Source: Bdellovibrionales bacterium (lineage in GTDB: Bacteria > Bdellovibrionota > Bdellovibrionia > Bdellovibrionales > JAGQZY01). From it: a stretch of DNA of 64,000 nt. Under the pieces are notes generated by a model. It made no database searches and was not told the origin of the DNA. It worked only from the letters and a program-made list of their open reading frames with translations. The stretch lies in NCBI GenBank assembly GCA_031426555.1, contig JANPLN010000024.1:1-64000 (forward strand), in the 5' to 3' direction. The position numbers were made by a program, and so were the translations under genes. Below are positions 48,957-59,581 of this stretch, in pieces; position 1 is the first letter of the stretch, and each line of letters opens with the position of its first letter.

Positions 48957-50997
48957 ATTTCTTTTCTTTTTGGGCATCTTGATTTTTACAGCGAGCTCCC
49001 AGGCGCAGAACTTGGATATCGACAATCTTTCCCTCGAGGACCTCCTCAATATCAAAACTTCGGTGGCCTCTAAAACCGAAAAAAGCACCCGAGAGTCACC
49101 GGGAATCGTCACGGTGATAACAAAAGAAGAGATCACAAAAATGGGGGCCCGGGACCTGATTGACGTACTGAGTATGGTTCCGGGGTTTAACTTTGCTCAC
49201 GACGTGCAAGGCGTGGTTGGCCTGGCAGTTCGTGGAAATTGGGCCCACGAAGGTAAATTTTCATTGATGGTCGACGGTCAAGAGATGAACGAACTTTTGT
49301 ACTCGTCCACGCAGTTCGGAAACCACTACCCGGTCGATCACATTAAACAAATCGAAATCATTCGCGGACCGGGGTCTGCCATTTATGGCGGCTTTGCCGA
49401 ACTTGCGGTTGTACACATCATCACCGATAAAGGGGTCGATATTAACGGCGCGAAAGCGGTGCTCACCTATGGCCAAATGCGCGAAGGTTTGGGACGGCGA
49501 AATTTAAGCGTGCAGGTTGGAAAAAAACTTGGCGATTGGGATGTGAGCGTTGCGGGACTTATTGGCCAAGGACGTAGAGGTGACGGTAACTACGTGGGTT
49601 ATGCCTCTAACACAACTCCCCCTCCGAATTACAGTCACGAAGTTTACGACTACAGCGATGGCGATGCAAATAATCTCGATCCCATGTGGTTTAATGTTGG
49701 AATTAACAACGGCGCCTTAGACTTTCGTTTTATTTACGACAATTATAAAATCACTTCCCGTGGAATTTATGGATTTTCGGGGGGACTCAGCAATGGCCTA
49801 GAGACAGGTTTTGAATCCATTTTTACGTCGTTAAAATATGATTTCAAGGTCACGGACTCACTTACTATCACTCCGTATGTAAGTTACCGCGACCAAACCC
49901 CATGGAAGTTAACCGACCCTCAAGCTATCAGTGTTGTCGACACCGACATTTTCGACATTCAGGTCAACAGAGCTCGCGTTGGCGTTAGCGGTCTTTATCA
50001 ATTTTCCGATACAAATCTCCTCCTGGGCGCAGAATACTATACGGATAATGTCCATGCAAATAACTGGGCCGATAGCGGAGGACCTATAGTTTTTTCCATA
50101 ACCGGGACCAATGATTTGCAATTTTACGGCATCGCTGCCTACTCTCAGCTGACACATAATTTTGGGATTTTCGAAACTACGCTCGGTGCTCGTTTCGAAG
50201 AGCTCAATGCACAAACCAATCGAAAAGTATCGAAAACGGTTCCGCGCTTTGCTATCACAAAAGCTTCCGAAAAATGGCACGTCAAAGGCTTAGCCAGTCA
50301 GGCCTACCGGGTACCTTCTGTATTCAACTTTGTCCAAGACTACAACGTCAATGGCGTTTCAGTTATCAAACCCGAAACTACAACCACCTATGAAGTCGAA
50401 GGTGGAATCGCTCTTTCTTCCAAAAGTTATCTGACGGCCAATCTTTTTTCCATTCGTATCGACGATCCCATCATTTACGAATACACCGGCACCGATGACT
50501 TCTATCGCAACTACCCGCGGGTGGAAACCCAGGGCTTCGAAGTGGAATATAAGAAAAAATCAAAGAACGGTTTTACCAATGCTAATTACTCCTTTTACCA
50601 ACATGGAACCAACCAGGTAAGCGCCTATGCTGTGCCTGGCCGAAAAGAATTACTGGGAATCCCGCAGCACAAACTCACCTACCTTTCGTCGTTTCGCGCC
50701 GGCTTTGGCAAGTGGATGGTGACTCCGTCGGTGGTTTACATGCGCTCGAAATCCACCTACGAGTACGACATCGCCACTGACACCGAGGTTCTTCGCCAGC
50801 TGCCGTCGGTGACCTTGATCAATATTTACTTTACGTACCCCAATCTATTTGTAAAAGGTTTAGAGTTCGGGTTTGGTGTGTTTAATCTTTGGGACGAAGA
50901 AAATCGTTTTGTTCAGCCGTACGATAGCGAACTTGGAAACACACCGGCGCCCAGCCGCGAGTTCCTCGCACGCCTCACCTACACCATGCCCTTTTAA
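48946..50997 (+). CDS. TonB-dependent outer-membrane receptor
   Basis: Plug motifs IDVLSMVPG and IEIIRGPGSAIYG; C-terminal GVFNLWD...REF...YTMPF. Confidence 0.93.
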   Translation: MVYKFLFFLGILIFTASSQAQNLDIDNLSLEDLLNIKTSVASKTEKSTRESPGIVTVITKEEITKMGARDLIDVLSMVPGFNFAHDVQGVVGLAVRGNWAHEGKFSLMVDGQEMNELLYSSTQFGNHYPVDHIKQIEIIRGPGSAIYGGFAELAVVHIITDKGVDINGAKAVLTYGQMREGLGRRNLSVQVGKKLGDWDVSVAGLIGQGRRGDGNYVGYASNTTPPPNYSHEVYDYSDGDANNLDPMWFNVGINNGALDFRFIYDNYKITSRGIYGFSGGLSNGLETGFESIFTSLKYDFKVTDSLTITPYVSYRDQTPWKLTDPQAISVVDTDIFDIQVNRARVGVSGLYQFSDTNLLLGAEYYTDNVHANNWADSGGPIVFSITGTNDLQFYGIAAYSQLTHNFGIFETTLGARFEELNAQTNRKVSKTVPRFAITKASEKWHVKGLASQAYRVPSVFNFVQDYNVNGVSVIKPETTTTYEVEGGIALSSKSYLTANLFSIRIDDPIIYEYTGTDDFYRNYPRVETQGFEVEYKKKSKNGFTNANYSFYQHGTNQVSAYAVPGRKELLGIPQHKLTYLSSFRAGFGKWMVTPSVVYMRSKSTYEYDIATDTEVLRQLPSVTLINIYFTYPNLFVKGLEFGFGVFNLWDEENRFVQPYDSELGNTPAPSREFLARLTYTMPF

Positions 50998-51015
50998 CGA
51001 CCGGTTTGACTCTAC

Positions 51016-51801
51016 GTGTTCCAAAAAGGGACTTGGTACCCGTTGGGGCCTTGTGTTAGTTTTCGCCCCATGCGTAACGACGTCCTCTACGTGTGGAATT
51101 CCATACCTTTAAACTCCGAAAATTCTTTGTCTCCAAAACGTCTGGAGCTGTGTAGTCTCGATATTGAGGATGCAATTTCCGTAGTTTATCCACAGCTCAG
51201 TTTTTGCGGAATTTATAAAGTCCTCGAGAAACTCCCAAAGAGTATCGGTGTTAGCTCCTCTCGCGTTTACGAAAACTATGGTTACGCTTTAGACTCCAAG
51301 CTGGCTCAGCTGTTAACGACTCTCCCCTCATTGCCTGCCGAATTTTTAGATTGGTGCGCCGAACACAGTTTGTCGCCTCGCGATCTTTTTCCACTTCTCA
51401 GTCTTACGAATTTGCAAAGTGTAGAGGAGGCTTTAAAAAGAATAAGCTCCTTGGCTTTGTCGCGAAATTTAGGAGCACAGATTCTCGAACTCGCCGTGGA
51501 GTGTCGCCTGCTCTCGTTGTCAGAATCTAGTGAATCCTGTGCGAGCACTGGCGATGAATGGTTGCAACAGCTGAAAGCCAAGCGCTACCCACAAACAGCA
51601 TTCAGCGATTCAGAAAAACAAAAAAAAATGCTCGAGCTCCCATGGCCCAAGGACTTTCAGTTGCGTTGGCAACGGCAGGGTGATCGCAGTGGGCTTGAAG
51701 TGAAATTTTTTGTGTCCCACGAAAAGGAATTGCCAAAATTCACGCAACTCTTGCAGCAGACAATTCAGAAGATCGAAGTGGACAGCAATGACACCCCTTG
51801 A
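51016..51801 (+). CDS. Hypothetical protein coupled to the radical SAM gene
   Basis: 261-aa ORF overlapping the next start; true start probably later (e.g. MRNDV). Confidence 0.6.
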   Translation: MFQKGTWYPLGPCVSFRPMRNDVLYVWNSIPLNSENSLSPKRLELCSLDIEDAISVVYPQLSFCGIYKVLEKLPKSIGVSSSRVYENYGYALDSKLAQLLTTLPSLPAEFLDWCAEHSLSPRDLFPLLSLTNLQSVEEALKRISSLALSRNLGAQILELAVECRLLSLSESSESCASTGDEWLQQLKAKRYPQTAFSDSEKQKKMLELPWPKDFQLRWQRQGDRSGLEVKFFVSHEKELPKFTQLLQQTIQKIEVDSNDTP

Positions 51802-52924
51802 TTCCATTTTAAAAAAGTTCACCACCGTGTCCATCGAAAAAGCGGCGCTGGCATCTCCGCTCGCACAACGGTGCTTCAAGGTGTTCCCTGCTGAAAAGAT
51901 TGAAGTCGTGGAAGGAAAGCCCACGACGTTTAGCAAAGGGCATATGAGCGCCGAGGACTACACTCTCAGCAAAAAAAGACTTTTCCTCACCGAACACCCT
52001 GGTCACTTTTTTAAACGCTGTCCCGGCGCCAAAAAAGGCCTCGCCTGCTGCAACTACTACGTTTTAAATTTAGGCCAGCAATGCGATATGGATTGCTCTT
52101 ATTGTTATTTGCAATCATTTCTCAACACTCCTTACACAGTGATTTACACCAACCTCGACAAAGCTCTCAGTGATCTCGCCGAGTTGTATGGCAGTCACTC
52201 CACGTCACGCGTTCGCGTTGGAACTGGCGAAGTCGTCGACAGCCTGAGTTTGGATCCACTCACCAACTACTCCCACGCGCTGGTTGATTTTTTTCGCGAT
52301 AAATTAACGTGGAATTTGGAATTTAAAACAAAGTCCTCTTATGTAGAAAACCTATTGGCAATTCCAGCCAGCCCCAACGTGATTGTCAGTTGGTCCATCA
52401 ATCCGCAGTACATAGTCGAAATCGAGGAGCATGGAACCGCCAGCCTTCAAGATCGCCTCAAAGCAGCCAAAAAATGCCTCGAGCACGGGTATCAAATCGC
52501 CTTCCATATCGACCCAGTCATTTGGCATACAAACTGGAAGCAAAACTATTTGGAACTGGCCGAAATAATTCACTCGCAATTTCGCCCGCAGGATCTGCCT
52601 TACATCTCCCTGGGCGCTCTGCGCTTTCAGTCAGAACAACGAGACATCATGCGCGAGCGTTTTGGAATGGAGAGCTGGGTGACACGGGCGGAAATGTTCA
52701 AGAGCACGTCCGGAAAAATGCGCTACGATCAGTCGCTCCGCGAGGAGATGTTTCAGACGATCATACAAAAGTTTAAAGAGTTGGATCCCAAATGGAAGAT
52801 CTTTTTGTGTATGGAGACGCCAGAAACATGGGTCAACGCCACGGGCCAGTTGCCCTTCAAACAAGAAAACATTCGCTCTCTCTTCAAACCGCTGCAGATC
52901 GAATCCACTATAAAGAACTTATAA
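51788..52924 (+). CDS. Spore photoproduct lyase-like radical SAM protein
   Basis: CDMDCSYCYLQ (CX3CX2C), GTGEVVDSL, LEFKTKS, WSINP, FHIDP, GKMRY, FLCME. Confidence 0.85.
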   Translation: MTPLDSILKKFTTVSIEKAALASPLAQRCFKVFPAEKIEVVEGKPTTFSKGHMSAEDYTLSKKRLFLTEHPGHFFKRCPGAKKGLACCNYYVLNLGQQCDMDCSYCYLQSFLNTPYTVIYTNLDKALSDLAELYGSHSTSRVRVGTGEVVDSLSLDPLTNYSHALVDFFRDKLTWNLEFKTKSSYVENLLAIPASPNVIVSWSINPQYIVEIEEHGTASLQDRLKAAKKCLEHGYQIAFHIDPVIWHTNWKQNYLELAEIIHSQFRPQDLPYISLGALRFQSEQRDIMRERFGMESWVTRAEMFKSTSGKMRYDQSLREEMFQTIIQKFKELDPKWKIFLCMETPETWVNATGQLPFKQENIRSLFKPLQIESTIKNL

Positions 52925-53055
52925 TAAGAAGATCTGAATAATTTACAAACCGTGCCACAGTGGGGCCACAGATTGTATTCTCAGCAGAACGCGCCCATAA
53001 CCTCGGCACAACCTGGTGCTTATGCACTTACAAATCTCTCAAAGGAGACACTCTT

Positions 53056-53808
53056 ATGAAATCAATCGCGATGATAATAGCCCTTACCATCTCAGCAACC
53101 ACTTGGGCTGACTTACAGACCAACGAAGACCTTCAGATGCAGCAGTATGCTCAAAACAGCAGCGAGTATAACTTGAAAATGTCCCAGATCTACAAAAGTT
53201 TGGCTTTCACGGCGGCGGAAGCTCGTGTGCAAAAAAATCTAATTTGTGAAGAAGGTACGTACACTTCTGACATCGTATCAGCGTCGGTAACAGCCATCGC
53301 GCACGCCGCTTACTCCTCTGCCACTGCGGATGCAGAGAATATGTCTGCCGAACTCTTGGCAAACCCCGATGTAGTCGCCGTTGCTGCTAAGAGCTTCTCG
53401 TTTCGCCAAGCCACCATCTACTCAAACCCTTACGCAGACGCGACAATAGACATCGTTAAGATTAAAAACGTCATCGTTGGAACAAAATTTTGGGGTCCAG
53501 GAATGGGTGCCTACGGCAGTCAGACTAGCATCGAATTTATTTCGACGTCAGAGGCAAAAATTGGAACGCTTGAACTTCTTGATCAAGAGCCTTGGAGCCA
53601 ATGGAACTATAAAACTGTGAAGTACAGCTTCGAAGAAACTTTCGCTGGGATAGTGCTTGTTGTTGACGGCGAACGCTTCACGGTTCAAAAAGACTGGGCG
53701 TGGTCGCAAGACGGAAGTTACATCATCGTTCCTGAGGGCGCACAGCCAGACGCCAACGGCTACCTGATTCCGACATACGCTGAATATCAAAGCGAGTGCG
53801 AAGCCTAA
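53056..53808 (+). CDS. Hypothetical secreted protein
   Basis: AAGGAG RBS; signal peptide MKSIAMIIALTISATTWA. Confidence 0.75.
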   Translation: MKSIAMIIALTISATTWADLQTNEDLQMQQYAQNSSEYNLKMSQIYKSLAFTAAEARVQKNLICEEGTYTSDIVSASVTAIAHAAYSSATADAENMSAELLANPDVVAVAAKSFSFRQATIYSNPYADATIDIVKIKNVIVGTKFWGPGMGAYGSQTSIEFISTSEAKIGTLELLDQEPWSQWNYKTVKYSFEETFAGIVLVVDGERFTVQKDWAWSQDGSYIIVPEGAQPDANGYLIPTYAEYQSECEA

Positions 53809-53833
53809 GCTTTTTTCGCAGACTTAAAATTTG

Positions 53834-53861
53834 AAACGGCTCTTCCAAGAGCCGTTTTTTT
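53834..53861 (+). terminator. Intrinsic terminator between convergent genes
   Basis: AAACGGCTCTT-CC-AAGAGCCGTTT followed by a T-tract. Confidence 0.85.
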
Positions 53862-53892
53862 ATTAGAGGAACAGATTTTTCATACGCCGTTT

Positions 53893-54480
53893 TTAAAAAT
53901 AAAAACCAAGCGTGATTCCGAAATTATCAAAACCGTAGTCAGATATATTTAGAATCGAAGCCGCATTTTTAGAATAATCTACAGACAGTCTTCCTCCCCA
54001 ACTTTGAGTGAGACTGGTCTCAAGCCCGATAGACAAGCGATAGCCATAAGACAATCCGGACGAACGATTTTCAAAACCTGTTGGCGGGCTTGCTATCTCT
54101 AAATACTTAAAGCCGCCCAAGCCTGCGAGCTCTAAAAAAGGACGCACAGCTACTTTTTGTGTAATCGGGTAGATACTCAATCCTATGATGGCGTCGGCCG
54201 AGTAACCAGTGATTCCATAACGAGTGCCGTCGATGTATCCGCGTCCATCAACTAGTGATAACGTGGCCCCGTAAATCAAGCGAAAATGATCTTTGTGAGG
54301 CGTACTGATCACCGTGAGACCATAACCCTGAACTCCAGATAAACTGTTTTCTCTTTCACCCGTAAAATTGAGATATGAACCAGCAATAAAGGTATTGCGT
54401 TTTTTTTCTCCACCCTGACTTTGTGGCGTCAACATGAAAATGAATGCAAGAATAAACACTAAGCTTGCTCGTTTTATCAT
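53893..54480 (-). CDS. Probable small outer-membrane beta-barrel protein
   Basis: Signal peptide, amphipathic strands, ends TLGFYF. Confidence 0.65.
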   Translation of the reverse strand: MIKRASLVFILAFIFMLTPQSQGGEKKRNTFIAGSYLNFTGERENSLSGVQGYGLTVISTPHKDHFRLIYGATLSLVDGRGYIDGTRYGITGYSADAIIGLSIYPITQKVAVRPFLELAGLGGFKYLEIASPPTGFENRSSGLSYGYRLSIGLETSLTQSWGGRLSVDYSKNAASILNISDYGFDNFGITLGFYF

Positions 54481-55391
54481 GGAATCACTAATACATACTC
54501 AGGCGTATTCGGCAGGCCACTAGCGAATTGTCCAACGTATGTTCCCGTCGAAGTGATCTCAACAAGATAATTTAAAGTGCGGTCAGCTATTAAAATGTTT
54601 CCGTTCGCTCTTTCTGCCAGGCTCCCTGGAGTTGAAAGTACCGATGTGTTACTGAACGTGTATAAAGCCGTCGCAAGATTCGCACTGTATATAACGACGG
54701 AATCTGTTGTGCCCGACCAAGCCACTGCCATCGAACCATTCGCAAGCTCTTTGCAACCAGCAGCATCTGTTGTGCCAGCAATACCTGAAGCACGAGTTGC
54801 CGTTTGAACTCCAGCATCACTGTATGTTCTGACCACATCAGCAGTTGTTGAGCAGTGGACAAATCCGCCAGCACTAAGTCCATAGATATCACTACCACCG
54901 GTTTGTAATGATAGTGGCCAGCCACCAGACGTTATGCGAACACCTGACGAGGTAAAACGTTCCACGTTATTGGTTTCAACAACTAAAATATCTCCACCAG
55001 AAAGTTGTGTAACTCCGCGTAACGTACCTGTAAGGTTGATGTCGACAATTAGATTTCGTGCCGAGCAATCTTCGGGATCAATCGCCATGACTCGATCAGA
55101 GCCGTCGATCGTAACGATAACCTCACCTGTCGCCTGCAGGTAGTCCATTCCAAAAATCGCCTCGCCAGCTACAGTGTTCAATTGAAAAACTATTCTTTTG
55201 AATTCGCCCGTTGAGGAATAAGCTAAAATGGTATCGCTTCCGCCATTAGAAATAAGCACGTCCGTCGATTCGAAACACGCTTCGGGCTCAACGACGACGA
55301 CATCCTCCTCATCGCTGCTCGATTCACAACCCAACAATATCAAACAGATGAGCGGGATTATGAATGGCAGCTGGAGCTTAAGGATCTTCAT
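54477..55391 (-). CDS. Lipoprotein with beta-propeller-like repeats
   Basis: Lipobox LLGC; repeated G.ILV..D/N..V..F/Y...G units. Confidence 0.65.
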   Translation of the reverse strand: MKILKLQLPFIIPLICLILLGCESSSDEEDVVVVEPEACFESTDVLISNGGSDTILAYSSTGEFKRIVFQLNTVAGEAIFGMDYLQATGEVIVTIDGSDRVMAIDPEDCSARNLIVDINLTGTLRGVTQLSGGDILVVETNNVERFTSSGVRITSGGWPLSLQTGGSDIYGLSAGGFVHCSTTADVVRTYSDAGVQTATRASGIAGTTDAAGCKELANGSMAVAWSGTTDSVVIYSANLATALYTFSNTSVLSTPGSLAERANGNILIADRTLNYLVEITSTGTYVGQFASGLPNTPEYVLVIP

Positions 55392-55512
55392 TGATTTCTT
55401 TTCGGCTTTTTTAAGAAAATGTTAAGCATTTTATCAATTTGATACAAACTTACAGATCACAGAGTGACTGTAAAATCACAGTAGTTAATGCGATTTAATC
55501 AGGACCTTTGTC

Positions 55513-56622
55513 CTAATTGATAACGCTCATCTTCCACAGTTGGCAAATCTGCTGCAGCTCACGCTGTGCATTTCGTAAATCGATTTGCAGCTGCTGAATT
55601 TTCTGCGGTGTCGTGAGACTTTTGCGAAGCTGATCGTACTCTCGTTTGAGTTCCCAAAACCGAGCATGAACTTCTTCGGCGCGTTTCTTAAAATTTTCGC
55701 GAACTTCTTCCATGTACGTCCACTGATTTTTTTGATGCTCGCGCAGTCGCTTTTCAGCCATTTGCATCTTCGCTTTAAAGATTTCGAAATCTGGCGTTAC
55801 CTTGAGGTTATAGGCCAATTTAAAAAACGATAAAAAGCGAATAAACCATTTGGTGGGATCGAAGTGATACCAGCGAATTCCGTTGCGATAATCGGCATGA
55901 AAAATGTGGTGAAAGTTATGGTAGCCTTCTCCATAAGTGAACACAGCCAGGATGCCGTTATCTTTTGCCGTATTTTGATCGGTGTATGGTTGGCGACCCC
56001 AAAAGTGGCAGGCCGAGTTAATAAAAAAAGTAAAGTGGTGAACGACCACCATGCGCAGCAACCCACCAAAAAGCAGTCCGCCCACCCAACTTCCAAAACA
56101 CCAACCCACCAGAGCGGGTGTTACAAAGCACGAAAGTACGGCGATGGGAATATAGTAGCGATCTTGAAACACAACCAAGGGATCTTTATCGAGATCGCGC
56201 ACATAGGGCTTCGCGAGATTCGACTCTCGCCAGTCTTCTTTCACACACATCCAAAAAAAGTGCGCATACCAAAAGCCTTTGTTGATGCAATACGGGTCTT
56301 TGTCTTCATCTACATAACGATGATGCAGGCGATGATCAATCACCCACTTCCGGGCCGAGTTTTGAAAAGCTCCCGCTCCGAAAAAAAGATAAAATAACCT
56401 TACTAACCAAGTCGCGTCGTAAGCGCGATGTGAATAAAGGCGATGGTAACCACCCGTGATAGACATTCCCATGGCGTAATAAAAAAATACAAAAATTGGG
56501 ATCATCCAGTAATTAAAAGTTTCTGTTTTGAAATAATAAATCGAGAGAGGGACAATGAATATTGGCGTGAGGGTGAGAAATAAGGCCGACGTCCAATCAA
56601 TTTTTTTGAGCAAGTCTTTCAT
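55513..56622 (-). CDS. Acyl-CoA delta-9 fatty acid desaturase with coiled-coil C-terminus
   Basis: His boxes GYHRLYSH, HRLHH, GEGYHNFHH; DPTKW; AAGGAG RBS. Confidence 0.93.
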   Translation of the reverse strand: MKDLLKKIDWTSALFLTLTPIFIVPLSIYYFKTETFNYWMIPIFVFFYYAMGMSITGGYHRLYSHRAYDATWLVRLFYLFFGAGAFQNSARKWVIDHRLHHRYVDEDKDPYCINKGFWYAHFFWMCVKEDWRESNLAKPYVRDLDKDPLVVFQDRYYIPIAVLSCFVTPALVGWCFGSWVGGLLFGGLLRMVVVHHFTFFINSACHFWGRQPYTDQNTAKDNGILAVFTYGEGYHNFHHIFHADYRNGIRWYHFDPTKWFIRFLSFFKLAYNLKVTPDFEIFKAKMQMAEKRLREHQKNQWTYMEEVRENFKKRAEEVHARFWELKREYDQLRKSLTTPQKIQQLQIDLRNAQRELQQICQLWKMSVIN

Positions 56623-56703
56623 ATATGAGTCTCCTTTTTGTAAGAGTCTCATTGAGTCGCCTGAGAGGCAAAAGAAAAGCGGCGAGGTCCTAATCGGAGG
56701 TGG

Positions 56704-58491
56704 TCAGGTTAAGATTTTGTAAGTTATAATCGCCATCGCGTACGCCAAAACAGTATAACCCACAAATAGCAGTACAGGAATTTTAAGAGAGTTGGTTTCG
56801 CGGCGAATTACCGACAGCGTCGAAACGCACTGCAAAGCAACCACATAGAAAATCAGGAGCGCTAAACCCGATGCTGCACTCAGTTGGTCCTGCTGTAGCC
56901 GCTGCGAAAGTCCTTGCACATCGCCATCTGCAGATTCAATCCCATAAAACGTCCCTAATGTACCCACAAAAACTTCGCGAGCAATAAACGAAGTTAACAC
57001 CGCCACTCCAAACTTCCAGTCCAGTCCTAGTGGTGTCATCACTGGTTCAAACCATCGGCCTAGCATGTACAACCAGGACCCCTCGAGATTGGCATTTCCT
57101 TGTGGAAAATACCCCAAGACCCAAACAATCACGGTGGTGAAAAATATCACTGGTCCTGCATTACTTAAAAAATCCCACGCGCTGCGAACAGAGCGCAAAA
57201 AAAGCGGTTTTAAAAACGGGCGGCGATACGACGGCAATTCAATAATAAACGGCACATCTTGTTCTTTTTTGCGGATCGTAAAATTTAAAATACTGCTCAC
57301 CACAAAAACTGTAATGTAGCCTAATAAAAATAATCCAAAAAACACCAAGCCACGCAAACTGATCCAACCCAAAAAATACTCATCGGGAATAAATGCAATG
57401 ACGAGAAGACTGTAAATAGGCAAGCGCGCAGAACAGGAAATTAACGGAACCGTTAATAAAGTGATCAATCTTTTCTTGGGGGACTCGATCATTCGTGCGG
57501 CGTAGATCGCAGGAATGGCGCAGGCGTGCCCCGATAAAAAAGGAATAAAACTTTTTCCCGACAGACCAAATAACTGAAGGGGGCGATGACAAATAATCGC
57601 AATTCGAGCCAGGTATCCGCTGTCCTCTAAAATTCCAAGAATAAAGGTGAGAATAAAAATTTGCGGGGCAAAGACGATAAAAGTTCCAAGACCGCCAAAA
57701 ATGGCACCGACTACAAAGTCTCGATAAATTCCCGCCGAAAAGAAGCCGCTCACAAAATCGCCCACACCTGCTACCAAACTCTCCGTCAAATCCATTAGCG
57801 GTGTGGACCACGTAAAAATGGACTGAAACAGCAGCGCCATGAGTAAAAGAAAAATCGCTCCGCCCCAATAGGAGGAAAGAAAAAACCGATCCAGTCGGTT
57901 AATTTTTTTAAAAAACAAATCAGTTTGCGGACCATACTTTTTCGAAAGCTCTTTGGCATTCAAATTGTCTGGCAGGTCTTGCGGTGGCACGTTACTATCG
58001 GAGGTCAGCAAGAGCTGCGAAAAGGCCTCAACGCCGTACCCGGTTTTTGCCGAGAGCGGCGTACACGGTACTCCTAACTCTTTTTGCAAACCCGCAAAAT
58101 CAATTTGCAACCGGTGGGCAATAATTTCGTCGTACAAGTTAAAGGCAAAAATAACTTTTTTTCCGTGCTCACGAGAAGCTTTAAGAACCTGGAGAGCATA
58201 GTGTAAACTGCGTAGCAGCTGAGTTGAATCCAAAACGCAAACCACCGCGGATAAAGACTCATCTTTTAAAAGCAGCTCAAATTCTCGCACCGCCACGACT
58301 TCGTCTTCGGTGATCGGCTTTAACGAGTAACTTCCGGGAAAATCAATCAATTCGAAATTTCGCCATTTGGCTTTTTTTAAAAGAACTGTCACACCAGGAA
58401 AGTTAGCCACACGCTGATCGAGCCCGGTCATACGGTTGAATAAGAGCGACTTTCCCGAATTTGGTTTGCCAACAAGTATAATTTTATTCAT
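56704..58491 (-). CDS. feoB: Ferrous iron transporter B
   Basis: GKPNSGKS, NFPGVTV, D.PG.YSL, LEDSGYLAR, CSARLPIY, AREVFV. Confidence 0.95.
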   Translation of the reverse strand: MNKIILVGKPNSGKSLLFNRMTGLDQRVANFPGVTVLLKKAKWRNFELIDFPGSYSLKPITEDEVVAVREFELLLKDESLSAVVCVLDSTQLLRSLHYALQVLKASREHGKKVIFAFNLYDEIIAHRLQIDFAGLQKELGVPCTPLSAKTGYGVEAFSQLLLTSDSNVPPQDLPDNLNAKELSKKYGPQTDLFFKKINRLDRFFLSSYWGGAIFLLLMALLFQSIFTWSTPLMDLTESLVAGVGDFVSGFFSAGIYRDFVVGAIFGGLGTFIVFAPQIFILTFILGILEDSGYLARIAIICHRPLQLFGLSGKSFIPFLSGHACAIPAIYAARMIESPKKRLITLLTVPLISCSARLPIYSLLVIAFIPDEYFLGWISLRGLVFFGLFLLGYITVFVVSSILNFTIRKKEQDVPFIIELPSYRRPFLKPLFLRSVRSAWDFLSNAGPVIFFTTVIVWVLGYFPQGNANLEGSWLYMLGRWFEPVMTPLGLDWKFGVAVLTSFIAREVFVGTLGTFYGIESADGDVQGLSQRLQQDQLSAASGLALLIFYVVALQCVSTLSVIRRETNSLKIPVLLFVGYTVLAYAMAIITYKILT

Positions 58492-58721
58492 TCCATCAAT
58501 TCCACAACAACCTGACAGGCAATGGAGCCCTCAAGAGCAAACATCGACGACTGCACTTGGTAAACGGCCGGTCCGCCAAAAGGAATTCGTTTTACACACA
58601 CAACAATTTCCTGCTTTGCAAAACCAAGATCCACGAGTCGCATTTTTTGAATGTCAGAGAGACTCGCCGAAAAGTCCAAAATTTTGGCTTTTTGTTGCGC
58701 CTTCAGTTGCCACATGTTCAT
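58488..58721 (-). CDS. feoA: Ferrous iron transport protein A
   Basis: RLVDLGF, PFGGP, FAL; immediately upstream of feoB. Confidence 0.88.
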   Translation of the reverse strand: MNMWQLKAQQKAKILDFSASLSDIQKMRLVDLGFAKQEIVVCVKRIPFGGPAVYQVQSSMFALEGSIACQVVVELME

Positions 58722-58783
58722 TGAGGCACAAATTACGCCTAAATGCAGGGCTGCGCAACTTGAGGGAGCTTAATGCTTTATAA

Positions 58784-59578
58784 TTAGGAGACTTTTTGGG
58801 TAAATGAAAGAGAGTTGAAATCACCTTCCGACGATGCGCGTTTAACTTCAGCCTTTTCGAGAATCCATTGATTGAGAGCTGCCACCTCAGTGGCACTCAT
58901 GGGGAAAAACTGGAAAAAGCATTGCTCCCCGCTTACATGATCCAACATGAGTTTGAGCGGAAGATCCTGGCGCAACATCACCACCATGGGTTTTTTTATC
59001 ACGTCGATGGGCTTGTTCTCCAAGGCCTTAACCCACAACCCCTGCTTTGAAATATGCATCAGTTGCGCCCAAAGGTTGAGATCTGAAAAGTGAATCACAA
59101 TTCGTTTTTTGGTGACCAAACCCTGGTAAGAATCTTGCTGTGGAGTTGCGGGTTCATCTTCGGTGTCGGCTTCGTCGCGTTTTTCTTTAAAAACGAGCTG
59201 ATCAGCGATAAAAAAGAAAACTGCAAGGTTGATTAAAAACACCATTCCCCAAGCCCAGTTTTCCTTGATGTCTTTCATGAGAGTTGTTGTTTGAATAATA
59301 ATGTGCAGACCGATCAAGCCAAGAACAAGACTCCAGGCTTTTCTTTTATTAAATATCATCACCGCGCCAATGGTAAAACTTCCTAGGCTTAATAAATTTT
59401 GCATATTTTGTGCAAAAGTTCCCAACATCAGCGATTTCCAAACGATCATTGTTGTGACCTGAGATTTTTGCGACTGTAAAAGAATATTAAAGCCAATGTT
59501 AATAAACGGCGCGAGTAAAAGACAAATGCCGAAAAAGCGAATGACTTTGGGGCGCTCTAAAAACTTTACCGCCTGCAT
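58784..59578 (-). CDS. Hypothetical membrane protein (4 TM) with possible PilZ-like C-terminal domain
   Basis: Hydrophobic N-terminal half; C-terminal AQLMHISKQGL resembles a PilZ D/NxSxxG strand. Confidence 0.55.
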   Translation of the reverse strand: MQAVKFLERPKVIRFFGICLLLAPFINIGFNILLQSQKSQVTTMIVWKSLMLGTFAQNMQNLLSLGSFTIGAVMIFNKRKAWSLVLGLIGLHIIIQTTTLMKDIKENWAWGMVFLINLAVFFFIADQLVFKEKRDEADTEDEPATPQQDSYQGLVTKKRIVIHFSDLNLWAQLMHISKQGLWVKALENKPIDVIKKPMVVMLRQDLPLKLMLDHVSGEQCFFQFFPMSATEVAALNQWILEKAEVKRASSEGDFNSLSFTQKVS

Positions 59579-59581
59579 TTA

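Noticed and set aside
53005..53019. Sigma-54-like GGCAC...TGC upstream of the secreted protein at 53056
   Set aside because: GG-GC spacing is 11 nt rather than the strict 10 nt.
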